In this document: positions 1 through 13,657 of the stretch, piece after piece
How the letters are laid out: every line of letters starts with the position of its first letter
Numbering within the stretch: the first letter of the stretch is position 1
NCBI GenBank assembly: GCA_002633005.1
Contig: NMRA01000231.1
Coordinates: forward strand, 24,351 to 88,350
Source of the DNA: Phoronis australis
Lineage: Eukaryota > Animalia > Phoronida
DNA: 64,000 bases
Direction of reading: 5' to 3'
Notes under the pieces: model-generated
Told to the model about the DNA's origin: nothing
The model's input: only the letters and a program-made list of their open reading frames with translations
Databases searched by the model: none
Position numbers and translations under genes: made by a program

Positions 1-3000
1 TGTAAAAAACGAGACGGTGCCGGACATTGAATGCATTACAACGGAACAAAAATTGGTGTCATTTAATTCTCAGATTATGCTTCAAGTAATATTTTTTGAA
101 ATGTCCGATATTTAGGTTCCGTCCGATAATTAGGTACACTATGTTAGGGACGTGACAAAAAAATTCAAATTCTTATTTAATATTTAAAAATGCATTGATT
201 TTAAAAAAAACATCAAAAACAGATTCAAACAAAAAAATAACAAAATCCGTTGAGCCGTTGACTTTTTATGAACGTTTGAAGAGCGATAATTAGCCCTTTA
301 TTTTAGTCCACTGAATACATTGGAATGAAGGCGTATTTATGTGACCCAAAATTAGTTTTTTCACTATAACTTCCTCAATACTTTTAAAGTCCTTCTCTCA
401 CGCGTTGTTAACCCTTATTACATGGTTAAAGATGCAACTGTTGGTATTCATGATGACTTGCCTATTAAGCACTTTTAGTGACTCAGATTTGTTACTACAC
501 GGAGTGAAGGACAACGACTTAAGATCCGATCGCCTTTATAATAATTATTTGATAAGTTCGCTCAAACTCTACACGCTCACCTCCCTATCTATTGTAGTGT
601 CGCGATTTAAAGAAAAAGAAAATATCAAAATTGAAAATAAAAATTGTGAGATTTGCCTATTGCACTACATAGTCCGTGGTACAAGAGTACTAGACATTTT
701 TTTTTTTAATTTACACCACGTCTCTTTTTCTTCTCGCCAGTGATCTTTGTTAAATTTTTACAAGGCAGAAACATTACTGGAGATGAAACTAATAAGTAAA
801 CTGTGACGGGGATGCCGTTTACGCAAAACACTTTCAAAATCATCTATCTGGAAAACAAACTACTGCACTTTGTCCAAAGTACAATAGATGCCATGTGCCA
901 AAGAAGTGAGTTATAATAATTATTTTATTAACCACTACATATTGTACATGTATGCCTCTCACACACAACTCAGCCACACGCCGTTATAACTACTACTGAC
1001 TCAGTCTGTTAACTGTAAGTTCAATTATGAAATCGCGATCAGGCCCGGAGATCAGGAAAGGTACAACGTCGATGACATTGGCTATACGTCAGATTAAACG
1101 TAACGAATTAGTAACTTTACAAATCCCACACGTACGTCTATAACCCCGACCGAAATCTGATAATGAACTGTTGTACAATGTGCCATAGAACATTTAATCG
1201 CCTCATCATACGCTTACTTACAGTAACCCCCCAGTATTTCCAGCTTTCGGAGCGAAATAAAATCAAAGCCAAGGCATAGCACGGACGCGACTTAACTTCG
1301 GATTAACCGCGGTCAGACGAAGTCCGCGGACTGCGGCTAGCCTCGGTTCAACCGCGGTTTGGAACCCGTGTCCGGACGCGGCCTAGCCGCGTTCGATAGG
1401 AAGAGACTTTCGATCAGTACTGTACCTACCCCATAACTAATACACGATCCGTACTCGAAAACAGTTTAAATGAACGCGCCACTCACGATTCGCACCCGAA
1501 GAAACACCGCCATTTTGAACTTGCCGCGAACCCGGAAGTACAATTCATTCAGGAACCCAGGCCGAGAAAACGCCGTCAGTGCGACTGGAGCAGTGCCTTA
1601 ATTTTGATAAAATCAAACTACGGACAATTTTATGGGATTTGCTGAAGAAATGTGGCGAATAAATTTTGACAGGAATTATTTTGCCAGACTCGGGACCGCA
1701 GCCTATCGGAACCGGTGCGGATCGAGACCAGACACTGGCGAACGGTAAATGCATGAGGTTGCAAGCTGTTTTGTCGAAGTAAAATGGTCAAATGATAAAT
1801 GCTGCATATATTCAAGGGTAGTTTCAGACACTTGCATTAAAATTACGGGCTGGTTAGTCCTGTGTCACACTGCCGCGGCAGACCTTAGTTAGCCTCAGTC
1901 ACCAGCTACCCGCCAGTGAAGACTATCGTCAAAATACAGCTTGTTAGTAGGCCTATAGACTCTATTCACGCGGCGGACATTAAAATCCAAAGCGAGGCTC
2001 ACTGCGATAAACAAAGCGAAAGTAGACATTGCGTGAGTTAAATAACCGGTCTTTCGAGTCCAACCTGGATATTGAATTTTAATGATGTGTCGACAATTAA
2101 ACACAAAGACGTAGAAAATTGCATTACAGAACAAGTTAAGGCGCCAAAGAGTTGTCTGACGAAAGGGTTTAATTTTTTCGGAAAACTAGGTTCGAAACAT
2201 GAAAAGTAAATATGACCAAATTGCGGCGATCGTAGTGTTACGGATTAGGTATTATGCTGAATGCAGGGTTACGTTTTTTCTTGTAAATTGTCGATCAAAA
2301 TACTTTCTACCCGGACCATGTCATCTGCTCGTATTGTTGACGAGTTGAAGAAATATTTGACAGTGGTGGCTGTCATGTGCAATTAGTCACATCTGGTTTA
2401 ATTTGTTGATCAAGAATATTAACATCAAGCATAGCCTGATCCTATGCACTCACTGGGACTAATAGTTGATTTGTCATTGATCTGAAAGAATAATTGATGT
2501 TATTAAATATATTTTTATTAAAATAATAAACCAGGCTCGTAATTGAAAATAAATATTATTTGACTATCAATTCTGCTTTCTTGGTTGTAATAATTCTTAC
2601 GTCTATTTCATGTGTTAGATTTCAAATATCAATCTGGACCAAGTTGAATTTTAAAATTAAAACACCTAATTCATTCGTACAAAACATAACCTCGTTTTAG
2701 TACTCAATTTCAGTTAACTGGACAATGCAATCAATAAATCATAGTTATCATGTTTCTGCAGGAACCTCGTTCATCCGAGGGGAAAGGTGCCAGTGCCACT
2801 GAGAGGCGATTTTTTCGCCGAGTGAGGGCGGGAACAATCTACCTCCCGATCACCATCAATAGCACCCCCGCCCTGTTGCTCTCATAGGCTCTGTCTCAAT
2901 TTAAAGTAGCCTTTTATGCTCTTAAAAATTGTCACCTGTGTGGTTACAGGTGATGTGAACTCAGAGAGATTTTTCACTAGGGGAATTTTTATGCCTCGTG

Positions 3001-3126
3001 CGGGGAATTTCGCGTGATATTTCAATATTTTTAAGAGGGGAATAGGGTCGATATTGGGCCCCAAATTTGAGGGATTGAGGGCCCTGTTCTTTTTGGAATG
3101 AAAAATTATAATGTTTCAACCCGTAG

Positions 3127-3410
3127 CAGGGGCGGATTTTGAGTTGGGGGGCAGGGCACAGGAATAAGCAGCATTTCGGCAGATGCGCGCACCCACCCTA
3201 AAATCTGGAGATGCAAGGGTCTTGAATTCTTGGGTTTGAGGACCTGTTGACTAAAAAAAACGGTAAACGGGGTTCATTCAGCACATATGCGTTGTTTATT
3301 CACCCACCAAGACCAACTGGTTGCACGCGTGTGCTAGTCAGCAATTCGCACCCGAACTCAAAAATGGGATCTGACACAATTTTAGGGGGGGGGGGCATCC
3401 TAAATCCGCA
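3127..3410. mobile_element. GC-rich MITE family copy (CAGGGGCGGAT... termini)
   Basis: CAGGGGCGGATTTTGAGTTGGGGGG ... CCTAAATCCGC; related copies at 10652, 19357, 41884, 44521 and 45780. Confidence 0.55.
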
Positions 3411-4921
3411 GTCATGAAAATACAGCCTGGCTGGCCCATTCTCCGGTCGTTACTATGATGCTTGACAACTGACCGAGATGCGACAAAATATGATCTAACT
3501 TTTCGAAAACATTTATTTTACACGGACATATTTTGCTTCGTCGCGGCATATGGCAACGACCCAACGCTTCCGAATCTCAACGTCTTTAGAGATTGTAAAG
3601 CAGACAGTTGCGTGTCCGTTTTTTTTTCTAGCCGTTCACGGAACAACACGGACTGAAACACAGACTCCAATGCCGATAAGCTAACAGAGCTATCGTAGCG
3701 AGCCTCGTTTTGGAACGCGCCTCCTGTCGGCGTGAATAGGGTCTATACAGCTTTGCGCCAAGAATACCCTTAGGCTTAACTGGTCGCTGGCCACAAACAC
3801 AAAAAACACGAAAATTGAACAAAGTTTCTTTTTTGTAGCAACGTTTGTCAAAATGTATCAACGTTAAATCTTCACAAATTACAAAGTAGCCGATTGAACA
3901 TGCCTTTCAGTTCAGCAAAAGTCGCCATTGTCGGTGCCGCCAGAAATGAGACGAAGTCCAACGGGAATTGTGAGCACATTTATCACTTAATGAGTAACAA
4001 CTGCGAGGCTGTAATTTGGTGAACACTGCTAAATCGTGCAGAATAGTAAGTAAAGATGTGTCTAACTAAATTTCACCGTAATTTGTTGGCGAAAACAATT
4101 TACACAATGTTTTAAACTCGTAAAATATCCCGTTGTCCTCCAATATGGCCGACGCGATCCAAACAAAGTGACCCAAATTTCGCCACAAAACTTGCAATAA
4201 CTTTACAGTGCTTGCCCCGATTTTGATACTTTTTCGATTTTTACTGAGTAGAATCATTACTACCTTTCCGATGATAGCAAAGTACTTTTTCAAAACGAGG
4301 AAAAAAATATAACCGAAAAAAAATTGGTTCGACCCATATTGGTCCCTAGGTTCGACCCGCCTACGTAAGGAACTATACACCAATGCTATTTTAACATACT
4401 AAGTACGCGTAACATTCCACAAAAAAATCAACGACCACTAACTACAAACTATAAATACACTATATATGCAAACGAATCACGATATATTACTAATAAAACA
4501 AAATAATGAAGACTTCGAGCAAGCCATAGCACATTCAGTTACAAGGTATTTTGTGCCGACACTGGCGAGAGTAACGGCATACGTTCCCCTGCGGCATTGT
4601 GATCCACCTCCCGTTCCATGTCAATATCCGAATGAGCTTCTGCGAACATTTTCCTTTATTTTCTTTCCCATCTAAAATTCACGAAAAAAGTTATGTGTAT
4701 TCTAATACCGTCTGCCACTCGCCACTCGGTCGTAAGTAACGCGATTTTAAAATTAATTTTAAAACACTTTAGCCCTTACCCAAGGTTTTTTGTACTAGGA
4801 AATTTATGTCCAACCACCGTTGCCACCAAAATGAAGTATAATAAGGGTAATGGCACACAGATACTTACCAAAGATTGCAAGAGTGGAACAGACGACTTGT
4901 CAGTCTAATTTTATCGCAAAA

Positions 4922-5933
4922 GGTACCCGCTCATCCAAAACCTTTACGGCAAACAGATGGCGGTGGATGCACTGATGCTTTACTAACAGGCAGCGCTGCT
5001 TACAGTCATGTGACATTCTTGTGTGAACTGAGTCTTGACCCAGCACCTTGACCTACATTCTACAGCTGCTGACGTCACATCGCCGTTGTGACAACGTGAC
5101 ATGATGAGCTCAGTGCTTCACTCTTTGTTTATACTGTCACCTGTCATTAATCATGGCCACCAACATGTTCATAGTGCATGGTTCAGTTCGTTAAATAGAT
5201 ACGATATAAGTTGAAAACACTCTCTTTTGCCTTAGTGTTGATAGAAAATAAAATATTACAGACGTTTCTACTTGGTGAACCATCAGCTGCCGTGCCGTGC
5301 CGGCCACGGCCAGTCCGGTCTGCTGGGCTCAGTGTTGTTGGCTAACAAGACACTGAACGAAAAAGAAAATATCGCAAGAGAATAAAACCTAACATGTATA
5401 TCACCATGTATAATTCAAGCATAATTTAAAAATATAGTGATTATATTTCAACCTAATTAAAATTAGGGTTGTTGAGTTGCCAAAATATCGCCGGGGGCGG
5501 AAAAGTGGCCGGGTCCGGTTTTGTAGCCTCACCATGGTCACGTTCATTGAATATATATTTTACCCCCAGCGTTTAGGCCGAGCAACCACAACAGCGTAGA
5601 TTATTAACACTTTCATCTTAATTATATGTTATAAATAGTTATTAGAAATGGGGTTTTAAACATGGAATGTCGGACACAAAGATTTCTTTTCCACACAAAT
5701 TCGCCACTCATCAGGACATACACTGCCTGGTTCATGAACTCTCGTGACCTGTGGCTACAGTCAGCAGCAGCAGAATGTAGGTCAAGGTGCTTGGTTAAGA
5801 TTCTCTGCAGAGACCGTAGAGACCGTTAGCGTCTTTGTTCTCTGGCAGACAGTCTTATTTGAGCGATAAAATGACACGTGATTGATGAGAAGCGCCATCT
5901 GTTTGCCGTAAAGGTTTTGGATGAGCGGGTACC
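4922..5933. mobile_element. Non-autonomous DNA transposon (~1 kb) with perfect 41-bp terminal inverted repeats
   Basis: GGTACCCGCTCATCCAAAACCTTTACGGCAAACAGATGGCG at 4922-4962 is the exact reverse complement of 5893-5933. No internal transposase ORF. The ends can be read as a TA TSD inside GGTACC. Confidence 0.75.
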
Positions 5934-6059
5934 AAGAAAGCAGACTGAGCGCCGAGTCGCGTGCAAGCTCCCCATTGGATGTTGCCGTCAGTTTTAAAGG
6001 GAGACAACTACACAGCTTCACTGGTCAAGTCTTAGGTTAGAGTAATCAAAAAAATTATG

Positions 6060-6580
6060 GTCAGACTTTATTCCAAGGTTGCACAACCAGAGGTAGCAAA
6101 AGATAGCAAACATTCCAAGTACCGGTATCACCTTTAACAACCAGATTCCTAAATTCAGAACCTGGCTTATCCATTTCAAATGCAGTAACAATGCCGGGTA
6201 AAGCTGGTAAATTTCGAGTAGAAATAATCAACAATTCTGGCCGATATATCAAGATAAAACGAGGAGTTGCAGTTGGACAGGTTGAAAAGTTAGTAATGCG
6301 AACGTTGTAAATGTATTAAACAAGCCAGCATCAATCAAGTCGGTTAGTAAACAAAAGTTAGACCTATCTGAATTTGATACACCAGACGAATGTAGTAGCT
6401 TAGTAAAGGAATTATTAAAGCAAAATAGCGATGTTTTCGCAGCAACAGACCTCGATTTAGGGAAAACGAGAACGGTACAAAATGATGCGCATAGACGTGC
6501 CGGACGGCACCGAGTTGTCAAGCAGAGGCCATATCGACTTCCGATAACGAATCAGCAAATAGCTAAAGAGGCGATGAATA
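6060..6580 (+). mobile_element. Ty3/Gypsy pol remnant, pre-RT linker region (degenerate)
   Basis: Frameshifted translation gives LNSEPGLSISNAV...FRVEIINNSGRYIKIKRGVAVGQVE, ELLKQNSDVFAATDLDLGKT and VKQRPYRLP...IAKEAMN, typical of the Gypsy segment just before RT. Confidence 0.75.
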
Positions 6581-8312
6581 CATGTCGTGAACACATTCAT
6601 TAGCACAAGAAACTGTAGGAACACCGCATTTATCCACCTTCACTCTTATCAGGCTTCTATTGTGAGTCAGCATGCGTGAATAATTGGCTAATAAGCCACC
6701 TCTGGAACTACTTTTGGCTGAATGGATCACCAGGCCATTAAATGATAATTAGCCAAGACCAGTTACTAATGCAACAAAGAATAATGTCGTAGCATTACCT
6801 AGCCTTGGTGGAAAGCTGTATAGTGTATTTGCTCTAATAAACGCTTAGAAAAATTCATTTCACGGGGAGGGGATTCTTATTGTAGCCTACGGCAGTTGAA
6901 AGCCGGTTTCCCAAACGGGTAAAATCGGAAGCTATAGGATTCATTAAACTTACGCTCTGTGACGTATTTTTAGCCTATGACAGTCTTTCTATAAAATTGT
7001 GGTGCATTGCTATGAACTTCCGTTGTTAAATTACGATAATTTTTACAAAAAATTGTGCTCTTCACAGGGCGAAAACTTGCCGACTGATGCGTCGCTGAAG
7101 CGCCATCGTCAATAGGAAAACTTGAACTCTTGAATAAAAATATAGTCTCGACAAATTACCTGAAATCTTCCTTATGTTTTACAATTTTTAAAGTTCATGT
7201 GGAGTCCAGATTAATTGCGATTAAGACCAAATCTGCGCTACATCGTACCCCCACAACACGAGAAAAATATCTGGATGAACACACATGTTGTTGTCACGTG
7301 ACGTTTGTTTTGAAGTTCGTCTGCGTATGAGAGTGAGTGCCGGAGCGTGCGTGTGTGGGTCATCGACGATAGACTTTTTTGTTACTAAAGGCGGGGGATT
7401 ATGCAGGAAATGGCGTTTACTAGGTTGTTTTTTTCATTTAAACGGCTGCAACGCGCAAGGTGAGTGCTGGTTAACTCACAGATTTTGTGTGCACAGGCCG
7501 ACGGTCGTTAGCTCTACCGTGGAGTATTAATAGGCCAAGGCTCGATCTACATGTTGGGGACGAAGTGAACTACCCGGGCTGTGTGAAATTTCTGAGTCTA
7601 ACGGAGACACTGACGCAGTGGTCAGCCAGTTCGCTGTATCAAGACTATAGTCAAAATCCAAATTCGTTTAATCGTGTCCCTGTCAATAATAACGGCACGC
7701 TAAAGTTTCTTAATTTTCGTACTTCAGAAACATAACAATCACGTGTTTTGTACACATACGCGCACGCCGCAGATCGCATCTCGGAAATTGCCGATTTGAC
7801 GGATGACAATGAATGAGCACAATGAAATTAAATAACGTCGTTTTACAGCTTTTAAGATTCATAATAAACGTATTTTGAATATTGCAATGCATGTGTTCCG
7901 AAATCTAAATAACTTGGGTCCTATATTTTTGTATTCGTGCGCGCCGATTGAAAGTAATCGTGAGTGTTGCTGTGTTATCCTGGGCCGATTTGAAAAATTC
8001 AAAGTTGTACTCATATTTGTTTTCGCTCCTCTTTTCAAATAGTACAGTAAAAACTACTTAAAACTCTCTTCATAAATAGTACAGTCTGCTAGCTAGATTG
8101 TAATCAGCTGATCATATCCGCATGAGCGAAGCCAATTATCCTCGCTCGTGACTCGATGAATAGAGCAGCTTGGCGGCATCCCTTTGATCGTGAGCCGAGC
8201 GCGACTCAGCCAAGGTGGATAAATCGGTCTAGTTCAATTTTCCATACCCCACCGTTCACCTTGACAAGCGGGGTTAGGACCAATCTTATTTAGTGGGACT
8301 GTTTATTGCATG
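6581..8312. mobile_element. ~1.7-kb insertion splitting the Gypsy pol (probable non-autonomous DNA element)
   Basis: Pol homology stops at 6580 (KEAMN) and resumes at 8316 (MLFAKVVEPS). The insert is bounded by TA|CATG ... CATG|TA with weak further inverted similarity. Confidence 0.55.
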
Positions 8313-8315
8313 TAA

Positions 8316-8930
8316 ATGCTTTTTGCAAAAGTTGTAGAACCTTCTAGATCCAACTTTTGCTCACCTATAGTATTAGTAACCAAAAAAGACGGCAGTGTAA
8401 GGTTCTGTGTAGATTATAGAAAACTGAACAGTGTGACCAAGGGTTACTCGTTCTTCCTACCAAAAATTGATGACATGTTGAACGATCTTAGAGGTTCTTG
8501 TATTTACAGCTCGTTGGACTTACGTAGTGGGTTCTGGCACATTCAAATGCACCCTAACGACAAAAAACAGTCTTTTCTCCAGGGTTTTCTACTGGTCACA
8601 ATCTTTACCAGTTTCAAGTTATAAGCTCATCTTAATACCAACATAGGGTTTTTAGGACAGTTCATCGGGTGATAAAACACCATCAGAACAAAAGACTGGC
8701 AGTCGAGAATAAGGGTAGAGTTTTAGTCGAATTAGAAGTAGGCGATCCTGTGTACCTCAAAAATAGTTCTAAATCTAGCAAACTGGACCCTACATGGACA
8801 GGTTACTGGCGCGTCCTAGAAGGCATGCCTGTCTGACAAACCGTACGTCATCAGAAATCAGTTAGACGGGTCGGTTACCACAAGTCGCACATCGACAACT
8901 TGAGGGGGGCACAAGTCGACGATTGGAAGG
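8316..8930 (+). mobile_element. Ty3/Gypsy reverse transcriptase N-terminus plus integrase C-terminal remnant (internally deleted)
   Basis: ORF 8316-8624: EPSRSNFCSPIVLVTKKDGSVRFCVDYRKLN...LPKIDDML...YSSLDLRSGFWHI. Then LEVGDPVYLKN...SKLDPTWTGYWRVLE (GPY/F-type integrase tail). YxDD motif and RNase H are missing. Confidence 0.9.
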
Positions 8931-10651
8931 TGGATGACTACGACTAGCCCCAAACGCGGAGGGCGGGCACGCTACGTTGTTCCTCCCAGCTCAAGCGAAG
9001 AAAGTGACGTGTTTGATGACGAAGCAGAAATTGCTCCACACCATGGTCAACAGCACCATTTCCGCCAAATAAAAAAGGATTCATCTTCCGATACTCTGAT
9101 GTACATGTACCCTTAGCAGAGCTTCAAAGAATTCTCCAACAGGGCGGGGAGGCAAGTGAAGACGTTGGCTCAGACAAAGCCAGCGCCTCCGATCAAAGAT
9201 CAAGCTACCTCATCATCGGAAAGTCACGGACCCGAGGCCAAAGCTGAGTCGGAACCGAAGGCGGACCTCTAAGAACCATACGACGAGCAGTTCATGCCAT
9301 GAGATGAGACGGATGCAGACGTCGCGATGGGATCCCATCCACATGATGACGCCATGGACGTGACTTTCTTCACGTTCTCGGACAAGAGAAGAGGCCGGGA
9401 TTGTAGAAAATGACCCAAACCTCCTCCGTGCCTTACTTAGATTTATGCCGCATGATGTTAGAAACATTTAAGGATGGTCGATAAGTAGGAACCTAGCACT
9501 TCAGCAGCACTTCAGAAGAACCAGATATTATATACCTCACTTATATTTAGATCTTAAGGACGAAATTGGTACCCCAAACGCCGGATTTAGCCATGGGCAC
9601 TCATATGCAACGTATCTGATCTAAGGATATTCCGATTTAGTTCTCGGCATAACAATTCCGTTTAAGTAGTATAAATACGGGCAAATCACAATCAAGGACC
9701 ATATTCGGTGGCCACTTTTGGTGAAAAATGAAGGTTGTCGTATAACTGTAAAAGCTGGGTTATTTTAAAGTACCATCATTCCATGTTTGTAATCTAAAAT
9801 ATTTTTGCACAAGAACCACCGAATAAAATTTTTTGGCCTTATGCATCACAGTTGTATAAAAGGGTACGTACGCTACAACTTGTGGTCACAGCCCATTTCT
9901 AACATGCAAAAATTCATAAGGTAGCTGTTAATTTATTAATAAGTTCTTGATCAAAATGAAGAAGTATAACATACTAAAGTAAGAAAAGTCATTGCCGTGC
10001 TGATCAAGTTGTTCTAGATGATGATACATTGCATATCTTAACACAGTATAATGAGAATTTCTGCTCTTGCAATGTGATTCTTACAAAAAGAAAATGACAA
10101 GTAACTACTTTTTTCAAAAACTTTATTGGTGCTATTTGCTTAGTTTTGAATACAATCACCAGTTGGTCAAAATAGTTAAAGCAATGCTAGGACCAGTGTT
10201 CCACTTGTAAAGAGTAAAAATGGTACTGGTTGGGGGGGGTGGGTACGTACACTACGCACAGTCAATCAACGTCAAATTTTACCTAATTTACAAGTGTATG
10301 GGATGGTCTCAAGTTTTGTGCTGCCTCTGCTTGTTGGTTTTTTGCAAGTTGTCTTGAGAGATAGAGATTACCTGCCTCTGCAACATCAGTTGTCACATGA
10401 CGTGTCTTTTAGGATGTTAAGTACCAGCCAAGTCCTGTGTGGCATTTTTGCCCACAAATTTGATAATGTCCATTGTTTTTTGTCAGACTCAGGACCGTAG
10501 GAAGGCAAAAATATTGAGGGAGAGGGGGAACAAATCATTTCGACGTTGTCAAATAACTCCTCCGGCCACCACCTCCGCTACCTCCCCCCACCCTCGCCCC
10601 CGTCCTCCCGATGCCACCATATTTGTACCGAATCTCCCACGTGGGGAGGCA

Positions 10652-10803
10652 CAGTGGCGGATTTAGGGGGCCAAGAGGCCATGACTCTTCGAAAATTCTC
10701 CCAGATTCCATTTGTCAGTTTGGAGGTGCCAATTTCCGACTGGTAAAACCCTTGCTTATCTGCTCTGACCCCCCCCCCCAACTCAAAATCCTGGATCCGC
10801 CTG
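10652..10803 (-). mobile_element. GC-rich MITE family copy
   Basis: CAGTGGCGGATTTAGGGGG ... CCCCAACTCAAAATCCTGGATCCGCCTG; terminal inverted repeats; reverse orientation relative to the 19357 copy. Confidence 0.7.
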
Positions 10804-12139
10804 TGGGACGGCAATCCCGGGGATCCAGCCATTAAGACTGAGTTGAATAACCGTGAAGCAACACGAAGAGTAAGAATGGGCCAAGGACCAGTACACTGAC
10901 CTATAGCGAGGAGCTGCCTCAAGTAGTGAGCTTAGATCTAACAGTGTGAAAATACGAAATTTTCGATGAACTAAAGCTAGTTGCTGGTCAGCTCAACAAT
11001 GGTTCACTTGAGACAGGCAGCTCGTTCCGGCCTTCTGCGCTCGGTCAAGATTCGTTTTGTTGTGATCCAGTTTCGGGAAAACTTAATTTTATTGTGGTCA
11101 TTTTTTGAAAGAGTTTTTTTTGAAAAGGTGAGGCCCCGAAGTCCATGGTGTAGTGCCTTTGGGACTGTTTCAGAATCCCTAGTTCAAACACGACCGGTAG
11201 TTCAGTTTCTGGTGGCTGAGGAAAAGCAATCAATTCAGTTTTGAAGAACAAAAATTCATTACTCAATACTACTATAAACTAAAAACACCAAGATACTGCG
11301 AAGACAACCTTTCCAAGAAATGAGTTTAATTTTATTTATTTGAGAATTTTAAAACGTTTTTTCTATCTACGGTATGTGTGCACGAATTTCATTTATGTCT
11401 TTTAGATTTATTTTAGATTTGCAAAAATCGTCTAATTGTACTTTACTATTTGGGGATCGGATCATAGAGTTTTTCCAACTTCAGGCAGCAATTAAATTCA
11501 CTGAATTATTACAAGATTGGCTTCTAATTGTCAAAAATCATCTATGAATCTATCGATATTTGTAGATACGTAAACAAGTAAATCAGAAACCAACGAATTT
11601 GTTTATCAAATAGGAATGGTATGCAATTTCTGCATGTATGCTCGCAGACTTTTGACGGGTTACCGGGGGGTATTCAGTATTAAGGTGTATTTTCAGAGGT
11701 ACCTATAACGGTTCATGATGTAAACTTGAACTCCACTGACAAAAAACCGTTGAAATCTGTTTACAATTGCGAGAGTTCTTTGAGTACCCCTTTCTACATG
11801 TACACGATCATCACAAATAGGAGCCTAGACAGCAGTGTTTTCCACAAGTCGGAATTCCTTACAAACAACTCATAGTAACCATCTTCAAAAGAGATACTAT
11901 TCTTAAAATACTACGAGAAACAGTAACATTATTTTATAACTAACCAGCGGAAATTTTCCTTTTGTGTAATTCATAAGTAGTGGTCTTCACGTTCTTCAAA
12001 ATTCCACCCTTTCGATGGCAGCAATCCTAATGTATTTTTCCATTTTTGGTTGGGTCGAATGGCTGTGCTGTGAACTTTAAATTTCAACTTCCCTCGTAAA
12101 AACTTGGCAGTGTCGGATTTACATACAGGGGTTAGTGCA

Positions 12140-12350
12140 CATGGTTATGGCCATGGATTTAGAATGTCTATATATGTAGCACGCTATTCGATATTTATGG
12201 TCATGACCATGGATATAGAGTGTCTACCTACATGTATATACCGCTATTCTATATTGATGGTCATGACCCTGGACTTAGAGCGTCTATATATTTAGTGCAC
12301 TATTCTATATTATGGTCATGGCCACGGATTTAGATTGTCTATAATTATGT
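12140..12350. repeat. Diverged ~57-60-bp tandem repeat, 3-4 copies
   Basis: Recurring ATGGTCATGRCCATGGATWTAGAGTGTCTA...CGCTATTCTATAT. Confidence 0.7.
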
Positions 12351-13556
12351 AGCGAGCTACGATAATTAGTATAACCAAAAATAAGAAATAGAGCCTGTAC
12401 TTCGTCTAACAAGTGGGTTAGACGAACTCTTTATAGAATATTTTTTTATATTTGGATTTGATATGTCTTACACATTGAAGCTTGCAATGCACCAAGGCCA
12501 GTCAATAAATGTATATTGTGTTTATTGGAATACCTTTATGCAGTCATTAGTTTTAGAGGAATTATTAGTTTGACTTGTGGCAATATTGCGTAGCGTGTTT
12601 TAAAAGACACGTGTTCATATTGACGTCATTCAGCATTTAATTCCAAAATTCAATGCGCCAATGCCACTGATATTTGTCAAGTTTGATATATGTAAACCCC
12701 CCCCCCCCTCTTGTTACAACGACTAATTACACATAGTTTCTAGAACGTTCTAATGTTTCAATTTACATTTAGCAACTATAAGAGACGAAACGTGATGTAA
12801 TTACAGAAATTCACAAGCAGTAACAGAATGGCTGCAGGACGGGATTGAACTGGAACCCTCTGGTACAACACTTCGGGGCGGCAGGTTGCACTTGTGGATT
12901 ATTAATTAAAATGCGTTTGGCTAACTTATTTGAACGAATCTATGTAATATTTCTGATGCTAAAATGTTTAGTGCCAATCATCACGAATTGTTGTGTCTCC
13001 TCTCCCTTCCTCTTCCTCCCCTCCGGAAAGGGTTCCGCACGAGACAAATCTCCCTCCATCCTAGCTACAGGTGCGCCCCTCAGGATGTACACAGAAGTCT
13101 GTGCCCTGACTTTTGCATACTCATGTAATATGCGTTATACATTGCTCCTTACTAGTTCAAAGGTTTAGTTTTGCTCCTTATGTTTACCGTCAATCGTAAT
13201 GAACTTGTACGTAACAAAATAGACACTGTGTACTGTTCGTCTTCTTCACTGTCTTAATCATATTTTCTTAACTTAGAATAAGCAATGCTTGTAAAAAAAT
13301 CTTGCACCTCCATTTTGGTTGATATAAATTCTGATGAGACTGATCATTGCTCACATATATCAGTCTGATTAGGAATTTTTGGTCAGTGACAAGAATTCAT
13401 ATAAATTACTAGGGTTGATGAAATAACTTAGATCATATATTACACCATTCGTTAATATTAATTCTTATCAACATCTTATAACATGTCATACCATTCTTAG
13501 AAATAGTCTATTTTAAAGAATCATTTGTAATAAATTTTATCAACCGTAATTGATTG

Positions 13557-13657
13557 TGTACACCTGTCGTGCACGCGCAGCAATAGTGCCTGTGTGCACC
13601 TGTCGTGCACGCGCAGATATAGTCTCTGTGTACACTTGTCCTGCACGCGCAGATATA
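13557..13657. repeat. 36-bp tandem repeat, ~2.8 copies
   Basis: TGTRCACYTGTCSTGCACGCGCAG core repeated at a 36-bp period. Confidence 0.8.

Noticed and set aside
13325-13380. CTGATGAG hairpin as a hammerhead ribozyme
   Set aside because: No GAAA core after the stem; just an inverted repeat.
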